From Vitrella brassicaformis CCMP3155 (lineage: Eukaryota; Protista; Chromerida), in the NCBI GenBank assembly GCA_001179505.1, contig CDMY01000275.1, positions 248,001 to 312,000 on the forward strand: 64,000 nucleotides of DNA. The letters run 5' to 3'. Shown here piece after piece: positions 12,965-26,618 of the stretch (the first letter of the stretch is position 1; the number at the start of each line of letters is the position of its first letter). The notes under the pieces are model-generated. The model was not told the DNA's origin and did no database searches. It was given only the letters and a program-made list of their open reading frames with translations. The position numbers were made by a program, and so were the translations under genes.

Positions 12965-13594
12965 GATGGTGGTCTGGATGCGCTGATACTTGCTTAAAAC
13001 GCGGGACTGCTCACGAGATCTTCGGGACTGCAGCTGCTAGCTACGAGTGCTGTTCAAGGCAACGTGCCTCGGACCTCTCCAACCTTTGCGGAGATCTTCG
13101 CGAATAAGCACTGCTACCTACGAAGCGGCCCACGAGACGCGAGAGCTACAGAGCTTCCGGGGGACGTTGCGTTCAACAAATCGGTGAGTCAATCAATCAA
13201 TTCATACGAGAGCCGGAAAGCAATGCACGTGACGTGCTCACTACAAAACCGACACTGAGACAACACCGTTCATGCAATTAATGTGCTATCTTCCGTACGT
13301 CTGTCTACCATGGACGTACGTGTGCACAAGGCACACAGACAACCACTCGTTTCGCTCACTAACTAACGCACAAACCAATCACACCACACCAACGTAGATG
13401 CACTTTGACAGCACAAGACAAGACCAAAGGCTGCGCACCGCACCTGGCTATGTTTTGCCATCGATCGATCGTCGCGGCCTAGATAGACTTGATGGATGAC
13501 CCTTCCTTCCCCTTGATCTCATGCATACCCTACCTACTACACCCCTACTACAAAAACCGCCCGCCGTACCGCATACCACATCACATGCAGTCAG

Positions 13595-14788
13595 TCACTC
13601 CGCAAAGGTGACAGAAAAGAACAGGAACTGAGTGAATTGCTCACGGTCGAAGTTGTTGTCAGACACAAACACCAGCAGGTGTCTGCCGTCGGCCAACTTG
13701 GGCCCAAGTGTCATGCCCTCCACGTTGTCGAGCTCTATGCCCAGCTGGTCGAAGTCAAACACCAGCGTCTTGTCCACAGCCAGCGAAGCCAAGTCGGGTG
13801 TCTCCTCAACAGCCGGCAGCGACTCGAACAGGCGGCGAAGAGTCCTGTGAGCCGGAAGGTCGACGTGTATCTCGTACAGCCGGACCTTGTTTCCCTTGCC
13901 GACCGAGAAGCTCCGCTCGAGGGCCAGAAACGACCCCTCGTTGTTGATAGCCAGCAGCTCCACAAGTCCGGTGGTCGAGAACTCGTCAGCCGGCTCCGGC
14001 TCCTCGGCGATGGGATCGGTATAGTAAAAGTCCTCAGCCACGGGCAGGTGAGTGCGGAGGTCATAGATGAGTATGCGGCACAAAGTCCCCTCTGAGGTGG
14101 TGGGTGCCGGGCCGTCTTGGAAGAGCGCATTCTCGGTCGCTGTGATGAGCCACTTGCGGTCTGGCGTCACCGTGAGGCTTTCAAAAGCGGCGTTGTTCCT
14201 GACGCCACTGGACTCGTCGGCCGTGGGCAAGTAGGGGTGGGGGACGAACAGGTTCTTGTCCTGAGTGCCGCCAAGCGAGAAGGACCGCACAGAGGGGTCG
14301 ATGAGTTCGGTCTGGACGCCCTCCTCAGCCAGGAACAGCTCGTGGGGGCCCACCAACGTCAGGCCCTCGGGATCCAGCTCCTCTGGCGCGAATGGAGGCT
14401 GGCCCTCGCCGGCTTTGAGGAACGTAACGCTGTTGAACTGGACGTCGATCTGAGGGCCGTCTGCCGCGTCATCACTCACATCAATACCAGCCGTGTACCA
14501 GCGGTAGTCCTTCCGGTCGTCCGAGAGTGTGTAGTACAGCTCCCTGCCGTAATCGTATGTGATGGCCGAGAGACCGCCGACCTCCGTGCCGTCAAGCTGA
14601 AGGCCTGCACACACACAACACGCAGCAGCCGGTTTCTGTCAGGCGCCTTCCTCTGCACCCCGTACGATACCTGTTTCGAATATCTTCTCTCCGATGAAAT
14701 GAATCGATGCCACACGGTTAGCCTGTCCTTCTGTTGAGAAGAGGAGGGAAGCAACAGCGGAAAGGACGACAAGGTTGGAAGGCCGCAT
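13595..14788 (-). CDS. Secreted phytase-like (esterase-like activity of phytase family) beta-propeller protein
   Basis: Signal peptide MRPSNLVVLSAVASLLFSTEG; one intron (14670-14605). Motifs GTEVGGLSAITYD, TLSDDR, LDPEGL, RNNAAFESLT, GLVELLA, LALERSF, LDNVEGMTLGP and FVSDNNF are typical of this family. Confidence 0.85.
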
Positions 14789-15112
14789 GGTGTGAGATCT
14801 GTCGGGGAGATCTTCCTCTGGTGTGGGCGGAAAGGATGGGCACGGGCGTCTTCGGTTGTCAACAAGTGCCAGGAACCGCAAACGCTTGCATGCAAGATCG
14901 CACGTTCCAGGACGCATTCCAAAGGCCGACAAACATAGAGATCTGTCACATGCTCATTCTCCCTCTTCCATCGGCGCCCGCAGGATGTTGGGGGGAGGCT
15001 GTGCCGGTCCATGCGATCCACGAAAAGCTCGCCAAAAGAGGGGATGAAGAAAGGAGGAAAAAAAGCGAGTGGATAGCGTTGTTGAGTGTTGGGTGACTCA
15101 TCGATAGCTTAG

Positions 15113-16248
15113 ATGAGTCACTTCAGCCGGCCGCCAGCCTCGTCAGCATTGGTGCCGCAGGGCAGCGGCAGGAGGAAAGGCAGGACGCGCGCAGACATCA
15201 CAGAGGAACAGAAAAGCGTCAGCAACGACACCACACCCGCTGCAACCATGGCGTGGCCTGCAGACTCATGGAATGGACGGGTGTGCATCATGTTTTATCC
15301 AATGCAGGAGATCAAGGAGGCGTTTGATCTGTTCGACACGGACAAGAGCGGCAAAATCGACTACCACGAGCTCAAAGTAAGCGTACACAGGGAGAGTGTG
15401 AATGCATCCCATCCCATCCGAGCCAGCCAGCCAGCCATTCGTTGGTTTTGTTGGCTGGTGGTTCGTTCGTGTCAGGTAGCGATGCGTTCGTTGGGTTTTG
15501 AGGTCAAGAAGGCTGACGTGTTGGAGCTCATGAAGGAGTATGACAAGACGGGCAGCGGACAGATCGACTACAACGACTTTCTGGAAATAAGTGAGGCAGC
15601 TGCCTGCACACAAGACACGCCAGGCTGACGCGACGATTGATGCCCTCCCTTTTCGTCTTGCATGTGCAGTGACGACCAAGACAGCCGAGAGGGATCCGAA
15701 CGAGGAGATCCGCAAGGCGTTCAAACTCTTCGACGACGATAACACAAGTAGGGCGACGGAGATGCGGCTGCATACAGTGCCTACCTATGGGATGGGTGTG
15801 TTTGTGTCTGCTGCAGACCGCATATCGCTCAAGAACCTCCGGCGTGTCGCTAGGGAACTGGTGGGAGGGGGTGGGTGGGTGCGCACAGGATACACACAAG
15901 GGGGAGGGAGGCATCTTGTCTGTCTGATCGATCAATGCATTGGATGGGATGGCTGCTGGGTGGATGGGATTGGATGGATGGATGGGTCGATACATGCATG
16001 TGTGGTGTGCACTCTGTGGATGTCATGTGATGTGATGTGTTAGGGTGAGAACTTGTCCGATGACGAGCTGCAGGCCATGATAGACGAGTTCGACAAAGAC
16101 ATGGACGGCGAAAGTAAGACCGATCCAATCCACACACATGAAAAGTGGCTGTTTGCCCAACTCGCTGTGTGTGTGTGTGTGTGTTTTGGTTCATTCAGTC
16201 AACGAGGAGGAGTTCCTCTCTATCATGAAGCAGACCAGCCTCTATTGA
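15113..16248 (+). CDS. CETN3: Centrin (centrin-3/Cdc31-like EF-hand protein), 6-7 exons
   Basis: [46 protein letters not shown]...[20 protein letters not shown]...[52 protein letters not shown]. The [10 protein letters not shown] and KKADVL motifs are centrin-3-like. Confidence 0.92.
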
Positions 16249-16709
16249 ATGCACACAGCCAGCGGGGCTGGGCTGAGTAGATAGATGGATGGATAGCTGA
16301 ATGGATGGATGGATGGATGGCTGACAGGTCGACAGGTGGGTGTGCATGTGCGTCATGTGGTGTGTATGTATTTGTACGTACAAGGAAGGCTTGTGTAGAC
16401 AGACAGACATACACACACACATACATGTGTGATTTCATCTATTCATTCTGACTGACAAGAGTGCATTGCATTGCATGTCGGTCTGCGGCGAACTCACTTG
16501 GTGCGTACGTATGGATATGCTGTGCTGTGTGCAGTCATTCATTCACTCTTGTGTAAGTAAGTAGCCACGGTCAGAGCGATTGTTGTTGACACCGTCACAT
16601 CGACCAACACATTACATACAGTCTGTTTGCCTCCCTCCATCACCACAGGCAGGCAATGCACGTCCAGCTGGCCTGAAATGAAACAAATGCATCCCCCCTG
16701 TCTGTCTGT

Positions 16710-18612
16710 CTACCCCTCTGCTCCGACCCACCGCACCAAGCGCCCTCGCAGCCCATTCCAGAAGGCCTTCGCACCCATAGCCTGCAATGCATCCACACAC
16801 ACAGACAGACATACAGCAGCCATACACGCAACACTCACACACACACCGCACTTCACTCACTTCACAACGGCCTACCTTACCTTTCTGGATTGGGGCTGCA
16901 GCTGCGTGATGCCCAGCTCGCTGCCGTCGAAGCACACGATCTGAAGCAGGCAGGTATGGTTGGTATGCACACCAGCATATTCAGCTCAGCAGCAGGCATC
17001 AATTACGTGGGTCGTTTTCCCCGGCCTGCCTGCCTGCCCACCTTGAGTGCGTCACCCTGCAGGTCTATGAGCCGGTCGGCTGATGGGGGCGCTGACGATG
17101 CATTGCCGTCAGAGGCAGAGGACGGACCACCACGTAGCAGCCGGCTGGATAACAGCTTCATTTTGAGCGTCTCTGTGTCTTGTGGCGGTGCGTCGTCGTC
17201 ACTGCCGCTAGTGAGAGTGAACTCTGACCAGCAACCGGGCCACCCAGAGAAGGCCCGGATCCTGAATGATTTTGCATATGTACGTATACGCCAGGTGGCT
17301 GTGACCTCCTCCTTCACTCCTTCACTCCCTCCCTCCCCCCTGTCTGCCTGCGTGGCCGCCTGTGGCTCGGCTTACTTGTTGTGTGCGCTTGCTGCTGTCT
17401 CCCTGTTGAAGCGCAGCTCGCCCTCATCCGCTGTCAGCTTCCTCGCCTGTCATACACACACACACACACACACACACATGCACACACACACCAGTGTGGG
17501 GGGCGGACGGGTGTTCCATTTGTGTCAATGCATACGTGCATTATGCAGACCTTTGTCGCCAGGCTCTCATCCTGTGGCTGTGCTGGCGCCTCCCTCCTCC
17601 ACACCGACGGCAGCAGATCCAGCAACGCGTCGGTGCCCAGCTGACCCCCCCATCACACACACATAAATTCTCTCTATACATGATTTCCATTGCTGTGCAC
17701 CGCTCACCTCAAAGAGTGTGTGCAGTAGCTGAGGACAGGTCTCGTCGCCCGTGAGGGGGTACTCTATCTGCTTCAGCACCGGCCCTGCGTCCATCTTGAG
17801 GACGGTTCGCACCACACTCACGCCCGTAACGGCCTCGCCCGCCTCGAGCGCCCTCTGCACAGGGGCTGCACCTCGGTACTTGGGCAGCAGGCTGGGATGG
17901 ATGTTCAGGGTCCCATACCTCAGGGAGCACCGCACCAGCCATCGATTAATCACACATGCCAGCCAAACATATATTGCTCAAATGCATTGCAATGCACGAC
18001 TGACTGACTCCCCTCCACCCTCATGCCCCTCAATCACTCACTCAGGTATGTCGAGGAAGCGCTGTGGTAGGAATCCGCCATAGGCCGCGGTGATGCACAG
18101 GTCGGGCGACAGCGCCTCCATTTCGTTCAAGAAGGCCTCATCGGACGGCTTGTCGGGCGCCCAGACGGGCAGGCCGTTCTCCTCTGCATATGCTTGCACT
18201 GGCGACGGGACCACCGTGCGCTTGCGGCCGACTGGTGCAGGCGGGTTGGTCACCACACCCATCAGGTCAAACCCACTCGAGTCCTCTTGAGCCGCCTTGT
18301 GGATCCTTTGCAAGCAGAGCGCAGCGACGTCTGGCGTCCCCAGAAAGACCACCTTGCGCCTCACAACGCCCTCAGCACCTGGGGAGTGAGTGATGGACAC
18401 ACCAGAGTCATGCGACGATTCATTGCCATTCATCCAGACAGCTGCTCACCTTCGGTCGAGGCTGATGCGAGGCTTGACACGCGAGATCTCGCTGTGCCAG
18501 CAGCCTTGAGGTAGAATGGCGGCGGCTGGACGAGATGAAAGGCTGATGATGGGATGACTGTCAAGGTCACGACGCAGTAGAGCAGCGCACTGGCAGATGG
18601 CCAGCACTCCAT
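16710..18612 (-). CDS. fmt: Methionyl-tRNA formyltransferase, predicted plastid-targeted
   Basis: KVVFLGTPDVA, VVTNPPAPVGR, PDLCITAAYGGFLP, LNIHPSLLPKYRGAAPVQRAL, MDAGPV, IRAFSGWPG. The N-terminal exon encodes a signal-like segment ending SSA-FHL followed by an S/R-rich transit-like peptide. Confidence 0.92.
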
Positions 18613-18723
18613 ACGCCAGCCCGAGAGACGAATTGCGATTGAAACACACCAGGTCGCAAGGGGAAGAGTTCCGTGAAACCGCTAATCGCAGAGGTGTAGA
18701 AGGTGCGGACGGGCAGGCCAGCC

Positions 18724-21700
18724 ATGGATCCGTCGCCGCCACGGATGAGCTATGGACCTTTGGTGCCCATTTCGTATGCTGATCTGCTGCGGGACCCTGC
18801 GCAGAGGCACCGCTTCGGCATCAAACGTACGCAATAGAGCCCAGACAGATATACACAACACAGCATAGACGGCCCGAAACGATGTATGTGTTGTTGGCGT
18901 GCTGTGCTCTGGTCTGAAATGTGATTGCAGGTCAGTTTGTGTTGGCCGATTCGCAGATGGCGATAGAAACCATAACGAAGCTGCCGGCTGCGTTATGGAA
19001 TCCCGTGATGTGCCCAGCGATGCCCCGCCCCGGGTCGTCATCCTTTCACCCGCCAGTAGTTGTGTCTGCGGCATCGCTGGGGCTGACAGCGGATGGCCAG
19101 GGCGACCCCAACCTGCGCGGAGAGCTGCTGGCCTGCCTGCAACAAGGGGGCGAGAGAGGTGCCTACACAGGGGAGGGAATAGCACAATTAAGCTGCATGG
19201 AAACAGACAGACAGGGATGTGCAGTGAGTGCATGTGTTCTGTGTTTGTGTGTGTGGGTCATCCATCGATGGTTGTGTTGTGTACATCAATCACAGCGGTC
19301 GGTCAGCCCCCGGCCATTCGTTTGGTGGAGATCAAGGACCCCACGCACCATGTGCGCCTCACTACGCCACCTGACCAGAAATGCTATGGTACGCACGCAC
19401 AAAGCCAGCCACCAACCGCTCACACGCGGGGCAACCGACGGAAGGACCGCACACAACACACATCTTCTTACTTTTGCCTGACTGATTGACAGGTGTGGGA
19501 TACTTCGGCGCCCCTGTGCCGGCGTCGCCCCGTCCAGTCATTTTGGGCTACTACACCGGTCTGCTGCGCCTGACCCCTCCCTCACATCTCTCACAGGCGT
19601 CATCCACCACAGTCGAGGCGGCAGCGGCCGCTGCAGCTGCCGAACACAACCTCATGGTGCGGAAAGAAAGGAGATGACCGGCAGACAGACAGACTGGCAC
19701 ACGGATGGATGGATGGATGGATGGATGGATGGACGCCTTTGCGTGTGTTGTGTATTGCAGGGGTTCAAGATGCCGCTGAAGCTCATCACAAGGTCGACTC
19801 AACACAATGCCGCCGTAGTCATGGCCGAGATCGACGCCCAGAGCGGCGGCAACGAGCTGGCGTTCCTCAATCACCACGCGGCCATCGAGCCCTTTGGCCG
19901 GTCGCAGGAGGTCAACTGTCGGCTCCACATAGTGTACGCCTCGATGGCTGTCGAGTGCGGGGCGGGCGGGGGCGTGGGCGAGGAGGCCAGGCTGTGGTGG
20001 CCCCATCTAGTGCTCACTTCGATCCCAAACGCGCCGCTGCTGCCCGGGGTGAGCGATAGATGGAACGGACACAGACAGACAGAGAAGGGCCTACCAGCAC
20101 GGCTGTCTATCGTGTGATGGATGTGTGATGTCTTTGCCTTTGATTTGATTGATTGTCAGCGTGAGCTGTTGATTGACTTGGGTAGCCGTTGGTTTGAGCA
20201 CAAGAAGAGGGCCGTGATGCAGCAGATACACATGCAGCTGCTGCGCCAACGAATGTACACACGTGTAATTGTGAATCAGACAGATCCACCACACACACAC
20301 ACACACACACACGCACACACACTTTTTCCAAGGCCCACTGCACGCGCATCTGTCTGTCTGTCCTGTTGTTCTCTCCTTGGTTTTCAGCCCATGCACCCCC
20401 GCCCCTGACCCCTCCGCATCCGCCATTTCGGATGATCTGCGCGCCCTCACCTCTTCGTGCAGCTCCATCCTGGCCCGTCTGGACCGTCTCGAGGGCCTCA
20501 TACCATCCCACCCCCAGCACCAGCACCACTCCCCCCCCTCCCCCACCCTCCCCCCATCGGCGCACACGCGCTCACGCAAGCGGGGCGTCTCACCCACCGG
20601 TGCATCGCAGGCCAGCAGCGAGGTTCCGCAGGTCAACGGCCACCACTACCACCAGCAGCCAGCTGCTGTGGCTGCATCAGCATCAGCGGCAGCATCAGTG
20701 GCGGCATCGGCATCGTCTTCAAGCGACGGCAAGCGGAAGGGCGGCGGGTCCAAGGGTCGCCACCATGGCGTTGGTCGTCCGATGCGTGAGGACGAGTATT
20801 GGGTGGCGGGGCTGGCTGAGCCGGCGCATGACGATGACCAGGCCGTGCAGGAGGCTGTCGCTATGATCAAGGCCAACAAGGTAGGTAGGAAGGCCATGCA
20901 TGGCTTGGGAGGGAGGGAGGGAGGGAGGGAGGGTGGAGTGAAAAGGCGATAGATAGATAGATCTGTATGTACAGGGTCGGTCTTTGGCTCTTTCTTTGTG
21001 GTGTGCGTTGGTTGCTGTCTGTGTGCCTTCCTTCCTTGGTGTGTTGTTCGTTCAGCAAGTGTCGGGTGTGCGGTACGTGACGCATAACAAGGCCTGGGTA
21101 GCGACCAAGAGGAGCGGCGACTCCGAGAGGGTCAAATCCTACTCCATCAAACTGCACGGATTCAAACGGTAGGTACCTACCTATACCTACCCACACACAC
21201 TCAGACCAGACAGAGCCACCTACACCCTCTCTCATCTCCCTCTCTCCGACTGTCCTGTCCCTTCATGCCTCAGTGCCCGTCGTCGTGCCGTCCGTGCCAT
21301 CGAGATGATGAAGCAGCACCTAGAAGTAGTCGACAGCGATACCGCCGATGCGTCACGGCCATCCAAACGCGCCCGCAACGGCACCACCAGCAGCATGACC
21401 GGCGGTGCCGCTGGTGGTGCCGCTGGTGGTGCCGCTGCAGCGGCCAGCAGCAGCAGGGACGCGGGCAATGAGGACGAGTCGCACACGCACATAGAAATTG
21501 GGGGCGGTGAGCTGTTGAAGGGGGGTTACGAGCTCCCCCCTGCACACGCGTCGCTGGAGGACTACGTGCGGCAGACGGTGAAGGAGCCGCCTCTGGACAA
21601 CAGCGAGGAAATCAACAAGACCATCGCACTGCTGCCCAAAGTACGTACGTACGTACGTACGTGATTTGGCCCCAGGGAGAGACAGATGGGATGTGGGTCT

Positions 21701-22892
21701 GTCTGTCTGTCCGTGAGTTGATTGACTAAAGTTGCTTGCTCGGTTTGTTGTGTGTCGTTGTCTGTCCGTAGGTGAAGGGTGTGTCTTATTGTGCATATGA
21801 GCAGAGCTGGCGTGGGTCGTTCAAGCAGAAGAAAGGCGGAGAGCCGCTCTCGCGCACCTACCTGGCGGAGGAGGCCGGCGGATTCATCGAAGCATGGTAT
21901 GGTGCGCCATTCGATTCATCCAGACAGACGCGTTCAGAGAGAGGGACACAGCACTCACAGCTAGAGGCAGGCAGCTGTGAGTGCTGTCTGTATGTATGTG
22001 TGTGCGTGCGGGTTTGTCTCTCTTGTGGTCACACAGGTGTCGCGCTGTCCACGCACGTCGCATATTCCGGCTCGGCGGTACATACATGCCCAGTCAGTCA
22101 GTCAGTCATGTTTGCACAGACAGACACCCATGCACATGAGGACTCACTCCTGCCATCCGCGTGTCCACAGGTGACGAGTCCGCGGCGCCCCCGACGAGCG
22201 GCCCCTTCACCCCGCCGTCGTCCCGCGGCGGCAACGCGTCATCGACCACATCACTGGCCTCACTCATGGGCAGTGAGAAGCGGCCCCTGCCCATGTACTC
22301 ACACCCCAGCAAGCGGGGCGGCAACAAGCGCGACGGCCTGGGATATGGCGAGGGTGTGGGGCAGCAGGACAGCGACGCGGCATCGATGATGAAGATCACC
22401 ATCACCAGCATCCAAGACGATATCAGGTGAGGAGCGACTGACCTTGCTGGCCAATGGCCGTCCATGGTCCTTAACGTCCTGTATGTATGGGTGTCGTTTA
22501 CAGGGTGGCACCTGTGATGAGCGGCAGCAGCAGCAGCGGCAACCGTGGCGCCTCCTCTGCTGCCGCCCCCGCGGTCCCAGCTGGCGCAGCATGTGTATCG
22601 TCACAGCTGATGGATGTGGACTATAGCTCCGGGTTGGCAGGTGACGATCGCATAGAGGAGGAGGAGGAGGGCATGGAGGCAGAGGACGACGACGAACACC
22701 AAGAGCAGAGAGAGGAGGAGGAGGAGGAACAAGGTAGGTACATATATGTGGATGTATGGATGGATGGATGGATGAGCAACATGTTATGCGTGGCTGCATA
22801 CATAACATGTTGTATGGTGTTTTGTGTCTGTCGGGTGGGGTTTAGGTATGGAGGGCGAGGAGGAGGAGTTCGTTCCGACCATGGCCGAGTAG
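18724..22892 (+). CDS. SET-like domain protein fused to two AP2 (ApiAP2-type) DNA-binding domains
   Basis: SET-like motifs: VILGYYTG, EIDAQSGGNELAFLNH, EVNC, WPHLVL, LLPGRELLIDLGSRWF. AP2 #1: QVSGVRYVTHNKAWVATKRSGDSERVKSYSIKLHGFKRARRRAVRA. AP2 #2 (divergent): VKGVSYCAYEQSWRGSFKQKK...SRTYLAEEAGGFIEAWYGA. The exons join in frame through GT-AG introns. Confidence 0.72.
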
Positions 22893-23602
22893 ATGGACGG
22901 ACACATGGATGGATGGATGGATGGTAGTCAGTCACATTCAAGGGGCAGGGAGGGAGCGGCCCGGCCGCAGTAGCCAGCCGCCAAGCCAATCCATGCGCTG
23001 TGTGTGTTTGTTTATCTTTATCATATCGATGGATGGGTGAGGTCGATGTATTCGATGGGATGGACGGGTTGGTTCTTCCTGTTTTGATTGACCAGACAGA
23101 CTATTAGACACACGTCCGTGTTTGGCATACATAGACAGGAGCGCAGGTCACAAGTCGATATACGCCAGCCACGCACAGCCACCCCCCACCCCCACTGCTG
23201 CCCTGCCCTGCCCTGCCCCGTCTGTCTGTCTGTCTGTCCGTCTGTCTGTCTGTATGTATGTCTGCACGTGGTGTGTGCTGTGCAAGTATGTAGAATGTCT
23301 AGCCGGCATGGCATCCATCTGTCTGTCTGTATTGTGTGTGTCAATACATTTGTTCCTTTTGGCCGGCGTCCTGGCCGATCGACCACGAGTGTGTGTGTGG
23401 TTCCTTTGACGACACGAGAGGGAGGGAGGGAGGACGTGTGTTTATATATACTTGTCTGTCTGTCTGTCTGTATCGTATCGATCAACCAATCAACGCGTTG
23501 AGTTGAATGCAATGCACGTATCGTACGGTATCCATACCGCCAGCCCACGAGCAAACCCACCCCGGGTGCCCACACGGGACGACCCTCCCTCATAGCCCGA
23601 GC

Positions 23603-26517
23603 TCATAGAGTGAGGACCATCAGCGGCAGCCCCAGGCCCACCTCACTGTGGCACACCCCCACCACAACCCTCCCACCCACCAAACGATGCACGTGGCCTG
23701 CGTCCCTGAAATGCGGCATACTCAACGCCCCCTCCAGCCGGCTGCCAAAATCAAGCCGCCCCGTCACCTGCTCCAACACACCCACACTGCCACCCTCACC
23801 CCCGTCACTGCTCGCCACCACACAGTGAGCCGTAAAGGCTGTGCAGGGCAGGATGACCTCGCAGTCCTCCGAGTGGTCGTGGTCCATCTCTGCCGCGGCA
23901 CCCTTGATGACACTCTTGTAGTGCTCGTACGCTGACAGGGGGGATGGTGTCTCCTCCGCCTCTGTGTCTGCCGCCTTGGCGATTGCGAGGACGATTTCAT
24001 CGTTTCTCGTCTCGACGAAGAAGACGTTTGTGTCCTGGAATGCGCTCATTCTGGCGTGAAGCCGCATGCTGCTGCCCACGTGCTCGGACGCCGGCGACCC
24101 CCACCGAGACACAGACACACACAGCTTCACCGTCACTCCCTCCCGGCCATGGTGGAACACCCCTCCCATGGCTGCTGTCTCGTCATCGGATGATGGTTCT
24201 GGCTGTAGCGGGCCGGTCTCCACCATAGAGGCCACTTCTGGATGATGCAAGCGGCTGAGCCTTAGCATTAAGGTGAGTTGCTGAGACGCTGGGTGCTGCT
24301 TGGTAAACCGCTTGATGCCCTCATGCGCCACAAGAGGGCTCGACAGAGACATCGCGTGTGGTGAATCCAGCAATGCCCGGCACTCCCCCTGCTCCACATG
24401 GACCACCGATGTGCACACGCAAAGCGACAGGGCCGTCGGGGTGTCATCGTCACCCCCACTGCCAGCAGCCGCCACGGTGTCCTCCAGCAGGTCGTCGTCT
24501 CTCCGTGTCGTGTTCATGACCACCCGTCGGCCGCCGGCCACATTTGTCATCTGGTACCACTTGAAGCCGGCACTCTTGAAGGCGCCTTCCACAGCAGGGT
24601 CCACCTTGTACTCCCCCGAAGGCAGGTCTTGGCACACCAACGTCACTCGGATGCTGCTCACGTCATGCTTCTGCAAAATGTACTGCCGCACCGTGGCTGC
24701 TGCATCGGACAGCACCTCTGGCCACATGACCTCTGTCCGCGTAGAGTGTAGGTGGTGGTCGTGGTCGAGCAGCATGGCTGTGTTGGCGACGGAGAGGTGG
24801 TATACCTTGCAGACGACAGAGAGGGTCTTCTCGTTTCGGAACACTGCCAACCCCACTATCCTCCTCTTCTTTCCCCTTTCCCCAGTGCCAGCTGTGGTGA
24901 GCCAGAAGAATTGCCCGCCGTGCTTGGCCGTCGCGGGCCCCCACTCCCCCAACGGCGGCAGAGAATTGGCAAGGGAGGCATCCACATGCTCGAGATAGTG
25001 GCGGAAAATGTCCGCAATTTCGCTGGTGGTGCACTCGATTGGGAGCAGGCTCAGTGGCGTCCCTGCCTCGATTGGGGCCTCAGTAGGCTCAGCACTCGCG
25101 GGAACTGACGAAGGGAGAAGGGGCAAGGGTCCAGCTCATCCTCATTGATGTCAGTGCATCTGTGTAGGTACCTGGCTCGGGAGAGGGCACAGCTTCAAGC
25201 TTAGTGGAGAAGGTCAGCACACTTCTAGGTCGCTCTCTCGCGCTTTGTCTCGACCCAGCGCCGCCGCTCAGTTTCTCTCGGGCCCTCTCGAGCAGCATGA
25301 TGCTTTCTGCCGCATGGATGCGGGAGAGCAGAGACGGCTGTAGCGGCAAAGCCGCGGGCCTCTGCTGCCAACTCTGGGCCGTCCTGCTGACCCGGGGGCC
25401 ACCTGTTGGCCTGGAGGCGGCTTGAGACGGCGCGGCGCGAGTGGCCGGCCTGGATGTGTCTCTGGTGGTCTTTTGGCGTTGGTGCTGCGTGGCGCTGCTT
25501 GGCGTGACGGCCGCTGACAGGGTGCCGGGGGCGGATGACGTGACGAAGAAGGGGTCTGATTTTGCAGAGAACATCATGAGGCGCGAGAGGGCGCTGGACG
25601 GAAGCCATGACGTGTCCCTCGTCATCTTCAGCAGATAGTTCTGCGGCCTCAAGTCTGCAGGACAGACAGCAAAGGATTGCCACAATCATTGCGTACAGAA
25701 TAGAGCTTGCATACCGTCGCCATGTTGCGCCTGGATGCTATTCTGCTCCACCAGCCAGGGCACCGCTAACGGGCTCTTGCGGCCTGGCCGCAGACACTTG
25801 CGCCACACGTCGATGGCCTCGACTACTTCTAACGTCGACAGCCGCAGCTCCAGCAACACGTCGCGAAGCTCCGACTGTGCGTGCCACTCGTCGATGGCCC
25901 TGTTGGCGTACGCCTCGTTGAGGAGCTCCAGCCGCCTGAGACAGAATTCACGGTAGTCGACGGACCGCATGACCCGCTGCACTGGGGCGTTGCCGCTTCT
26001 GAGGCACTCTGCCTCCTTGATCAAAACCATCAACGCCCTCTCATGACCCTCCTGCTCTGCACACACCAGACATGACAAAGTCAATACAAGGCCAACTTGT
26101 GCAGAGATCACTCACCAATTTTCCTCCTATTCCTGTAATGCGGCAGAGGGTCCCGTACCCTGAAGTGGGTCCTATCACGCCCCTTGTTCGATGCCGATAA
26201 ACGGCCGTGGCTGGGTGTGGAGGTGAAGTGCGCTTCTGAATGAATGAATTGGGTGGGGGAAGGGAAAGACAAGAGTGAAGACACGCGTCCCGGGATGCAT
26301 GCCAGTCCTGTTAACGTATGTTGATTGTGTGGGTCTGTGTACCTACCGGCATAGAGGCGTCTGTGCCAGCGTGGAATGGCGTGTTCCTCCTACATTCCAC
26401 ACACAGAAAATCGATGAAGACAGTCATATTGGGAAGGTTATTGTCGTCCTTGTAGCTCACCCATAGAGACGCAATGTATGCCTCAACGCTATATGACACG
26501 TGCTGGTTCAAATTCAT
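23603..26517 (-). CDS. Large hypothetical protein (helical N-terminal region, long final exon)
   Basis: Coding-like exons: YREFCLRRLELL...LRLSTLEVVEAIDVWRK; QNYLLKMTRDTSWLP. A 507-codon terminal ORF contains RIVGLAVFRNEKTLSVVCKVYHLSV (possibly GNAT-like). No confident domain call. Confidence 0.6.
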
Positions 26518-26618
26518 ATTCGGTGATCTCACGTGGAGCTCGCCCCGAGACTGGGGGAGACTGGGGGCCGCTTCACAAACTGAAGAACGTTGACAGGACT
26601 TGACGAGGAGGACGCGTC

